The position numbers and the translations under genes were made by a program. The notes below the pieces were generated by a model, which saw nothing but the letters and a program-made list of their open reading frames with translations, ran no database searches and had not been told where the DNA came from. DNA of 32,000 nt from Candidatus Brocadia sp. (GTDB taxonomy: Bacteria > Planctomycetota > Brocadiia > Brocadiales > Brocadiaceae), in contig JABWAQ010000004.1 of the NCBI GenBank assembly GCA_013360945.1, positions 2,891 to 34,890 of the forward strand. The letters are read 5' to 3'. Of the stretch, positions 1-6,681 are shown in pieces. The first letter of the stretch is position 1; each line of letters opens with the position of its first letter.

Positions 1-177
1 CTAAGGCAGATATGGAAATATCGGATAGAAGATTTGGAGAGTTATTTTATTCTTGATTTTTTGGATAATTACGGTGTTTATCCTATTTGCAACAACAAGA
101 GTGGATTTGGGATTAAAAAACACGACGTACCAGTAACCCTTGAAATAAACTGGAAGTATTTTGAAAAGAGGGCATAG
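1..177 (+). CDS. 3' end of an upstream gene entering from the left edge (partial, function unknown)
   Basis: Frame 1 is open from nt 1 to TAG at 175-177 (...YGVYPICNNKSGFGIKKHDVPVTLEINWKYFEKRA*). It is absent from the ORF track because it has no in-window start. Its stop lies 3 nt before the ATG at 181, which is operon-like packing. No family recognised. Confidence 0.4.
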   Translation, partial: LRQIWKYRIEDLESYFILDFLDNYGVYPICNNKSGFGIKKHDVPVTLEINWKYFEKRA

Positions 178-180
178 AAC

Positions 181-357
181 ATGACTGAACAAATCAAGAG
201 TGGACAGGAAATACTTGATGAGTTCTTTTCTCAAATAACGAACATTAACGGAGTGGATAAAGATGTTGCCGAGGCAGTTCTGAAATTATATAAAGAGGGC
301 AAGCTGACTAATACAAATTTGTCAAATGAGTTGAGCTGCATAAGGGATAAAAAATGA
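181..357 (+). CDS. small 58-aa protein, translationally coupled to the downstream ATPase (function unknown)
   Basis: I translated it by hand: ATG 181, MTEQIKSGQEILDEFFSQITNINGVDKDVAEAVLKLYKEGKLTNTNLSNELSCIRDKK, TGA 355-357. The TGA overlaps the ATG at 354-356 of the next gene (ATGA junction). It falls below the length cutoff of the supplied ORF track. The 77-aa antisense ORF (1..234 -) looks like a shadow of it. Confidence 0.45.
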   Translation: MTEQIKSGQEILDEFFSQITNINGVDKDVAEAVLKLYKEGKLTNTNLSNELSCIRDKK

Positions 358-2783
358 AAGTCAAAAACCTTGAAATAAGCGGTATTAGAGGAATTAGAAA
401 AATTGTTAATCTTGATTTGAGTCCTGGCAAGTCAGTTCTCATTTATGGTGATAACGGCAGTGGAAAAAGCTCTTTCGCAGATGCCCTTGAATGGTTTTAT
501 TACGACAAGGTAAAACATCTTACATCAGAAGAAATTGATACAAAGGGCATTACTGCCCTGAGAAATACTTTTTTATCGGATGACCAAGATGCTTATTTTG
601 ATTTGAAATACTCGAATTCAAAATACGATTCAAAGAAAAGGTTATTTCTCAAAAAATCAAAACTTACCAGCGAGTATTCTAACGCTTCGCAGGATTTCAA
701 AGATTATTTAGGCGCATCGTTAAAAGAAAATCTTATTCTTAGATATAAGGATTTATTGAGGTTTATTTTATCTACTAAGGCGGAGAAACTTGAGGAAATT
801 TCGCAAATAATAGGCTTTTCTGAGGTATCAAAAGTAAAAGGTGTCTTTAAAAAGGCTGTCGGGGATTTAAAGAAAGAGCTTAAGATAAAAGATTATGAAA
901 ACCATAAGGGGATAAAGCAACGTCAAATAATGGACCAGATAGGGCAAAGTCTTTTTGATGATAACCAATATTTCAATGCTATTAATGAATTAGTTGCTCC
1001 GCTGAATCTGTCTGTTGAGATTAGAGACGATGATGCAAGCGTAGATAAGATACTGGAGTTGCTAAAGAAACCGAAAGATCAAGAGGCTGTTGAGCAGCAG
1101 CTTTCATATGAAAAGGTTATTGAGAATTTGAGTAATTTCAAGGCTTCTTTTGATAATATTTGCTCATCCTATAAATCTTTCTATGAGAAGTGTCAGCAGA
1201 TTGCAAAGGATCAAGACAAGCTAAAAAAAATAAGTCTTGAGCCTTTATTATCGCAAGGGTTCTCAATTCTTGAAAAGAGATTATATGAGGAGAATAGATG
1301 CCCTCTTTGTCTGCAAGATAAAAACCGAGAGGAATTAATTGATGAGCTAAGAAAGAGACTTGAAGAATTAACTATTGTCAAAAAAGAAAAACAGTCTGCG
1401 TTAGACGAAAAAAATACAACTCAAAGATTTGTTCAAGAAGCTATAACTGAAATAAACAATGCGTTAAAAGAGAAAAGTTTGCTTCTGGATGAAAATTCTG
1501 ATTTGCGAAAAAAAGTTGAACGGCTTAAAGAGATAATCTCAACTGCTTTAGAGAAACTTCAAAAAACTGATCTTTCCGAAATTGAACAAATCAGTAAGTT
1601 TGAAGATTTTATCAGTTTGGATATGACGTATTTGCAAGACTTGATTTCTTCCCTTGCAGATAAAAAGGCAAAGATAATTACCGGAAAGAAAGATGATCTT
1701 ATCTTTACAATCTATAGCAAGATATTCTCTGTCAGGCAATTTTATGATGAAATCAAATCCATGAAGAAGGCTTCAGAGGTTCTTACCAAGCAACAGCAAT
1801 CTATGGAACTTATTTATAACGAGTTCGTTAAAAAGCAAAGAGAAGGTCTTTGCGCATTCTTGGAGTCAATATCCAGCGACATGAACGACCTCTATTTGTT
1901 TATGAATACTTCTGAAAATGTCAGCGCGATAGAGCTTATTCCGCTGGATGAAGATGATGAGTTTGTAGGAATCACATTGCAATTTAAATTTCACGGCAAA
2001 CCGGAATCGCCGCCCCATAAGTATCTCAGCGAATCTCATTTGAATTGCCTTGGAATATGCTTGTTCTTAGCGTCTGTAAAAGCCTTTAATAAGTTCAATA
2101 AGTTTATTATTCTTGATGACGTAATATCCAGTTTCGATACAAATCATCGCGCTCGATTTGCAAGGCTTTTAGTAGAAAAATTCAATGATTATCAGATATT
2201 TCTCTTTACTCATGAAAAGGACTGGTTTGAAATTGTCTCGAATATGGTAAAAGGAAAAAACTGGTTGATTAAGAAGATATGCTGGGATTATGACAGCGGA
2301 GCTAGTATTGAAGAACCCTTAACCGATCTGAAAGCAAGGATTGAAACGAAGATAAAAAATTCAGATTCATTGGAATTAGGGAATACGATTCGAAAATACC
2401 TTGAACGGCTCTTAAAGGACATCTGCTTTAATCTCGAGGCGAAAGTAAGGTTTCGCTTCAACGAAGATAATGAAAACAGAATGGCCAATGAATTGCTGTC
2501 AGAATTAAAGGGCAAACTTAAAGACAGAAAATGTGAGTTAAAAGATCAGGCTGTCTTTGAAAGGCTTAATGCCTCAATGTTTCTCGGCAACAGGACGTCC
2601 CATGATAGTACATTTACTGAAAGCATTGATGACTTGAAAATGTTTTACGGTGACGTTATGGAGTTGGAAGGGCTTTTCAGGTGTGATCCCTGTAACAATC
2701 TCATTTCCAAAAAATGTTACGACAATATTGAAAGTACAATAAGATGCTCTTGTGGAAAATTGAAGTATAATTGGAAAAAATAA
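354..2783 (+). CDS. Rad50/SMC/RloC-like ABC ATPase with coiled-coil CxxC hook, C-terminal HEPN-like region and zinc ribbon
   Basis: Walker A GDNGSGKS (aa 32-39, nt 447-470). A roughly 400-aa K/E/L-rich coiled-coil-like segment carries CPLC at aa 316-319 (nt 1299-1310). Then come an LSESH signature-like motif, Walker B FIILDDV and an FTHE H-loop (aa ~555-620). The tail has GNTIRKYLERLLKD ... FLGNRTSHDS, then C777xxC780 ... C798xC800. Confidence 0.85.
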   Translation: MKVKNLEISGIRGIRKIVNLDLSPGKSVLIYGDNGSGKSSFADALEWFYYDKVKHLTSEEIDTKGITALRNTFLSDDQDAYFDLKYSNSKYDSKKRLFLKKSKLTSEYSNASQDFKDYLGASLKENLILRYKDLLRFILSTKAEKLEEISQIIGFSEVSKVKGVFKKAVGDLKKELKIKDYENHKGIKQRQIMDQIGQSLFDDNQYFNAINELVAPLNLSVEIRDDDASVDKILELLKKPKDQEAVEQQLSYEKVIENLSNFKASFDNICSSYKSFYEKCQQIAKDQDKLKKISLEPLLSQGFSILEKRLYEENRCPLCLQDKNREELIDELRKRLEELTIVKKEKQSALDEKNTTQRFVQEAITEINNALKEKSLLLDENSDLRKKVERLKEIISTALEKLQKTDLSEIEQISKFEDFISLDMTYLQDLISSLADKKAKIITGKKDDLIFTIYSKIFSVRQFYDEIKSMKKASEVLTKQQQSMELIYNEFVKKQREGLCAFLESISSDMNDLYLFMNTSENVSAIELIPLDEDDEFVGITLQFKFHGKPESPPHKYLSESHLNCLGICLFLASVKAFNKFNKFIILDDVISSFDTNHRARFARLLVEKFNDYQIFLFTHEKDWFEIVSNMVKGKNWLIKKICWDYDSGASIEEPLTDLKARIETKIKNSDSLELGNTIRKYLERLLKDICFNLEAKVRFRFNEDNENRMANELLSELKGKLKDRKCELKDQAVFERLNASMFLGNRTSHDSTFTESIDDLKMFYGDVMELEGLFRCDPCNNLISKKCYDNIESTIRCSCGKLKYNWKK

Positions 2784-3005
2784 AATGCGGATATGAATAC
2801 TTGAAATAGTAATATAATTATGACAGAGGAGATAAAATTATAGCAACCATTAAGAATAAACTGATGGAAAAAATTCAATCTTTGCCGGATATTGAGAAGC
2901 TTGAAATCATCCAATCCGAAAGGGTCGCTTCGGCGGGCGGGAAGGGATGAATCCTGGTCTATTCCTGAGCAATCCTTACGATTGTCAACAATGTTTACAT
3001 TTCTA

Positions 3006-3034
3006 TTGACAAATATATTTACACAGATTAACAT
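3006..3034 (+). promoter_or_regulatory. candidate sigma70-type promoter for the HTH-Panacea/toxin operon
   Basis: TTGACA (3006-3011), a 17-nt spacer, then TAACAT (3029-3034), about 60 nt upstream of the ATG at 3096. Sequence match only. Confidence 0.3.
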
Positions 3035-3095
3035 AATGCAATAAAAAATAATGTTGTGATATCGTAAAATATCAAAGTCTGTTTTGGGGATGTCT

Positions 3096-3890
3096 ATGGC
3101 TAATTATCATGTTTCTAAACATTCGAAATTCATCCAGCAGATGCGCAAAAAGCACAATCTGACGCAGGAGTATCTGGCGTCAAAGATTGGCGTTTCCCGG
3201 CCTACTTATATCCAGATAGAGCAGGGCGAGAGGGATTTAACTGTTTCCGCAGCGAAAATACTTGCAGATATTTTTGGCATTTCTTTTGAAGATTTTTTAG
3301 CCGCTAAAGAGACAAGGCATGAGGTTGTTTTAGAAAAGGTGGGAGCACACAAAAAGGCAGATTCCGGTCTTCAGATCCGGGTAACGCAAAAGAATCTTGA
3401 TAAATTCAAGCAGGTGTTGCTTTATATTCTGGAAAAAGTCGGCAGCAAACCAAATGTCGGCGAAACGGTACTCCACAAACTCCTTTACTTTATTGATTTT
3501 GATTATTATGAGAAGTTTGAAGAAAATTTAGTGGGGGCGACCTACATTAAAAATCATCACGGACCGACATCGGTTGAGTTGGGGACGATTTTAAAAGATA
3601 TGCAGAAAAACGGCGAGATTGAAGCGGTAAAAAGCAAATATTTTAACCATTTGCAGAAAAAATATCTACCGGTCAAGCGAGCCGATCTTAATGCCCTTTC
3701 GGCGCGGGAAATTGGCCATATTGAAGAAGTCCTGGCTCGTCTTTCTGATAAAAATGCCAAAGAAATAGAAAATTACTCTCATGAAGATATTCCGTGGAAA
3801 ACGGCAAAGGAAGGTCAGCCAATTTCTTATGAAAGCGTGTTCTATCGGGACGAACGTTATTCAGTAAGAAACTATGACGATGAACTTTAA
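3096..3890 (+). CDS. HTH (XRE-family) + Panacea/SocA-like (DUF4065) domain antitoxin
   Basis: N-terminus LTQEYLASKIGVSRPTYIQIEQGERDLTVSAAKILADIFGISFEDF is a Cro/C1-type HTH. The C-terminal half, LHKLLYFIDFDYYEKFEENLVGATYIKNHHGPTSVEL, matches the DUF4065 pattern as I remember it. I placed the start at ATG 3096 because GGGGA lies 5 nt upstream; the track starts at TTG 3084. Confidence 0.8.
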   Translation: MANYHVSKHSKFIQQMRKKHNLTQEYLASKIGVSRPTYIQIEQGERDLTVSAAKILADIFGISFEDFLAAKETRHEVVLEKVGAHKKADSGLQIRVTQKNLDKFKQVLLYILEKVGSKPNVGETVLHKLLYFIDFDYYEKFEENLVGATYIKNHHGPTSVELGTILKDMQKNGEIEAVKSKYFNHLQKKYLPVKRADLNALSAREIGHIEEVLARLSDKNAKEIENYSHEDIPWKTAKEGQPISYESVFYRDERYSVRNYDDEL

Positions 3891-4212
3891 TGAACTGCCG
3901 GAATTTGCCAAAGAATTTAAGCGGCTGATCAAAAAATACAAATCATTGTCGGATGACCTGGAAGAGTTTAAACGCGTAATCACCGTTGAGCCTTTGGGTA
4001 ACAGTAAACATTTTAATATCCTAACAAAGAATGACCGGTGCGCTGTCGTAAAGGCACGTCTGTTTTGCCGCTATCTAAAGGGTTCTTCTCTGCGGATTAT
4101 TTACGCTTTCCACTGCAATGATTTGAAGGTTGACTTTATCGAGATATATTTTAAGGGCGACAAGGAAAATGAAAACTGTGAAAGGTTTAAAGCATATCTA
4201 ATCAATTTCTAA
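3874..4212 (+). CDS. RelE/ParE-superfamily (Gp49/HigB-like) toxin
   Basis: About 110 aa, overlapping the antitoxin stop by 17 nt (11 nt if ATG 3880 is used). It shows ELPEFAKEFKRL..., ...KARLFCRYLKGSSLRIIYAF...VDFIEIYFKGDKENEN, the typical RelE-fold C-terminal beta strands and K.D tail. Confidence 0.7.
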   Translation: MTMNFNELPEFAKEFKRLIKKYKSLSDDLEEFKRVITVEPLGNSKHFNILTKNDRCAVVKARLFCRYLKGSSLRIIYAFHCNDLKVDFIEIYFKGDKENENCERFKAYLINF

Positions 4213-4341
4213 CCCCACCCACCGCCAAGTAAAATTCAGTATCGTGAGTTAGGTTGAGTGAAGCGAAAACCAATAACTTACTATAGAATGACAAGAGAAT
4301 GATGCTATATCGCAGATCTGCCTGTGCGGTGCATGCAGACA

Positions 4342-4392
4342 GGTTACAAGCAAAAGGGACGCATTCTTCTTTTTGCCGTAATAACCTGCAAG
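4342..4392 (-). repeat. possible third, partial, inverted copy of the dispersed intergenic repeat (see 29394-29536 and 31816-31934)
   Basis: The reverse complement tgcaggttattacggcaaaaagaagaatgcg resembles tgcagggttatagtattaccatgcaaaaccttt of the 31.8-kb copy. It also keeps the small gcaaaa...ttttgc hairpin. Eye alignment only. Confidence 0.3.
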
Positions 4393-4640
4393 AGAAATGG
4401 CATACAATCCGAAAGAGGTCGTTCCTGTGGGCATAAGGAGCTGGGTAGGAAACTAACATAGGGGTTTAGTTTTGGCATATTTATTGACTTTTTTTGAACA
4501 TTTTGCATCTTACGTCTCAAGAAAGCACAAGGTTACAGGCGGTTGACTTATTTAGTTTGGGTAAATAGACTCAGTAACCTTCTTACAAAAATCATTGCCA
4601 AACTTGATAAAGATATGAAAGCAGTGGAGGGAATTTACCT

Positions 4641-4699
4641 CTTGCGTCAAGAGGCTGAAAGGTGGATTGAAAAGATTATTTCAGAAGTGCGGGGAGAGG
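4641..4699 (+). repeat. copy 1 of a diverged duplicated coding remnant (peptide LLRQEAERWIEKIISEVRGEG*)
   Basis: 47 of 59 positions are identical to 5612-5670 in my ungapped hand alignment. It lies at the 3' end of a start-less open frame (4495-4710) and ends 12 nt before the RhuM start. Confidence 0.6.
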
Positions 4700-4722
4700 G
4701 TAATTTGTAGGAATGGATTTCT

Positions 4723-5563
4723 ATGAAAGACCAAGAATTAAAAAAGGGTGAAATAGTTATTTACAAGACCAGGGATGGGCCTAAATTAGATGTTCGACTT
4801 GAGGAGGATACGGTATGGCTGCCGCAAAAGCAGATGGCTATGCTTTTTGATAAAGGCATACCAACTATTAATGAACACATACAAAACATCTATAAAGAAG
4901 GTGAATTAAAGCAAAACTCAACTATTCGGAAATTCCGAATAGTTCGATCAGAAGGCGGTAGAACAGTAAAAAGAGATATAGATTTTTATAATCTTGATGT
5001 GATAATATCGGTTGGCTATCGTGTAAAATCTCAAAGAGGTACACAATTTAGAATGTGGGCAACAAAAACACTTAAAGACCATCTGATTAAGGGCTACACC
5101 ATTAATGAAAAGAGATTACTGAGTACGCAGGAAAAATTAAAAGAAATGCGGGAAGTCATATCATTTTTGCAGGAAAAATCTAAACATGAACTACTTGCGG
5201 GACAAGAAATTTTAAGTTTGCTTGCCAGCTACTCAAAAACTCTCACACTGTTAGAACAGTATGACAAGGAAAATCTTTCTCTTATCAAAAAAGCAAAAGG
5301 CAAATTTGTTTTGCGATACGATGAAGTGAAAGAAGTAATTGATAAGGTTAGGAAAGATCTCTCCGTTTGTTGACGGTAATAAACGAATCGGTTCCTTCTT
5401 GTTTGTCTATTTTTTAGATAAGAATAGTTATCTCCATAAAAATATCGGGGAAAAGAAAATCAATGACAATGCTTTAACCGCCCTGGCTCTTTTGATAGCA
5501 GTAAGCAACCCAAAAGAAAAGGATAAACTGATAAAAATCATTACAAATCTGTTATCTGTATAA
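4723..5563 (+). pseudogene. RhuM-family / Fic-Doc fusion gene disrupted by internal deletion plus frameshift
   Basis: Frame 1 (4723-5373) encodes a RhuM-type N-terminal domain (IVIYKTRDG..., IISVGYRVKSQRGTQFRMWATKTLKDHLIKGY) and stops at ...VRKDLSVC*. Frame 2 continues as SPFVDGNKRIGSFLFVYFL...LLIAVSNPKEK to TAA 5561-5563. That is the Fic/Doc motif HxFx(D/E)GNKR with the His missing and the roughly 50 aa that normally precede it absent. Confidence 0.75.
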
Positions 5564-5611
5564 AGGATGTGGATTCAGTTGCCAAAAGTTGACGTTAGAA
5601 CCGGTGTGATT

Positions 5612-5670
5612 CTTGTGCCAAGAGGCAGAAAAGCGCATTGAGCGGATTATTGCAGAGGTGTGGGGAGAGG
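5612..5670 (+). repeat. copy 2 of the diverged duplicated coding remnant (peptide LCQEAEKRIERIIAEVWGEE)
   Basis: See 4641-4699. Several differences are synonymous or conservative in the shared frame (gct/gca, gaa/gag, R/K, K/R, S/A). The frame is closed upstream by TGA at 5607-5609. Confidence 0.6.
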
Positions 5671-5719
5671 AAATGGAAAAACAAGCAGTAAAGAATCAAA
5701 TTCACAGAAGGGGGACATT

Positions 5720-6004
5720 GTGATCATCCAGGAAATAGAGGATAAAGTAGTCTCCATATTAACAAAGTACAATGTCAAGACAATAGGCATCTTCGGCTCT
5801 TATGCCAGAGGTGTTCAAAGACCAGACAGCGATCTGGATGTCCTGGTGAATTTCAAGGAGAGAAAGGGCCTGCTTACCCTGGTGAGAATAGAACGGGAGC
5901 TGTCTGAGACCATTGGAGTGAAGGTTGATCTTCTCACAGAACAGTCCATAAGCCCATATCTGATCGACAGGATAAAATCGGAAATGAAGGTGATATATCA
6001 ATGA
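5720..6004 (+). CDS. MNT-type nucleotidyltransferase (antitoxin of HEPN/MNT module)
   Basis: Shows GIFGSYARG...DSDLDVLV (GS-x-n-DxD polymerase-beta NTase signature). I placed the start at GTG 5720, with AGGGGG 5 nt upstream; the track's upstream GTG 5660 would read through the repeat remnant. The stop overlaps the next ATG (ATGA at 6001-6004). Confidence 0.8.
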   Translation: MIIQEIEDKVVSILTKYNVKTIGIFGSYARGVQRPDSDLDVLVNFKERKGLLTLVRIERELSETIGVKVDLLTEQSISPYLIDRIKSEMKVIYQ

Positions 6005-6672
6005 TAAAGGACGACACCGTATTTTTGCGGCACATACTGGATGCAATCAATAAGATTCAGGAATATGCAAAAGGTATGGATTATGAGGGTTTCGGGGCAT
6101 CCAGTCTCGTGCAGGACGGTGTGATTCGACAATTGGAGATTATTGGAGAAGCCACAAAGAACCTTTCGCAGGAAATTCGGGAAAAGCATCCGCATATCCC
6201 GTGGAAAGACATTGCAGGAATGAGAGACAAGCTGCCGAACCTGTACCGGATTATTCATTTGCTGACCGGAGAAATTTCTGCCGGTGCGCAAAAGTCAGGC
6301 AAGCGGGTTTCATTAAAAGGGATATGGAAAGGCAGCTACATCGACGAGTCATTGTTTACGGAGGTCAGGAAGTCGCTTTTCCCATACGAGAAAGGCAGAA
6401 TTACACTTTCTTTTGAAGAAACGTTAACACGGATTGAAGAGAGCGAAAACTTTGAAGCCGCACCATTAAATATCGAGGTATTAAAAATTGCTGATAAAAT
6501 TGATGCCGACCTTGAAATGCACGACAGACTCATAGTTACAACCGCCTTGCATTATGATGCGGCACTGATTACGAAAGATAAAAATATCGCTTTTTCGGGC
6601 ATTCTTTCGACTATTTGGCAAGGAAGTCATTGCAATGAAAACCTCTTGGCAACAACGGATGCCTTTCGATAG
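6001..6672 (+). CDS. chimeric ORF: DUF86/HEPN (HepT-like) N-terminal ~80 aa fused in frame to an antitoxin-tail-like segment and the C-terminal half of a PIN domain; probably degenerate
   Basis: aa 1-78, RHILDAINKIQEY...QDGVIRQLEIIGEATKNL...HPHIPWKDIAGMRDKL, is DUF86. The expected R-N-K-L-I-H-E-Y reads R-D-K-L-P-N-L-Y, so the His is lost. Then follow ...SGKRVSLKGIWKGSYIDESLFTEVRKSLFPYE and ...EMHDRLIVTTALHYDAALITKDKNI (PIN C-terminal motif). Confidence 0.6.
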   Translation: MIKDDTVFLRHILDAINKIQEYAKGMDYEGFGASSLVQDGVIRQLEIIGEATKNLSQEIREKHPHIPWKDIAGMRDKLPNLYRIIHLLTGEISAGAQKSGKRVSLKGIWKGSYIDESLFTEVRKSLFPYEKGRITLSFEETLTRIEESENFEAAPLNIEVLKIADKIDADLEMHDRLIVTTALHYDAALITKDKNIAFSGILSTIWQGSHCNENLLATTDAFR

Positions 6673-6681
6673 GTGTTTACA

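Noticed and set aside
1-234. 77-aa - strand ORF at the left edge
   Set aside because: It overlaps two tightly packed + strand ORFs that are coupled to the ATPase. Its sequence is F/I/L/K-rich, as expected from AT-rich antisense.
4310-4322. Recurrence of AGATCT (perfect palindrome gcagatctgc at about 4311-4320, also at the Fic deletion junction near 5355 and in repeat copy B near 29416)
   Set aside because: A 6-mer is expected several times by chance in 32 kb, and nothing else links the three sites.
4202-4459. 85-aa and 61-aa - strand ORFs in the spacer after the toxin gene
   Set aside because: No start context or motifs. The region is better explained by repeat and junction sequences (4342-4392, 4397-4445). 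I also considered a structured RNA (retron msr/msd, group II intron fragment, type III antitoxin repeats). I found no tandem repeats, no adjacent reverse transcriptase and no domain-V-like hairpin.
5660-5719. N-terminal extension of the MNT ORF from GTG 5660 (MGRGNGKTSSKESNSQKGD...)
   Set aside because: The extension reads through the duplicated remnant in a different frame and is not part of the MNT fold. GTG 5720 has a good AGGGGG Shine-Dalgarno sequence.
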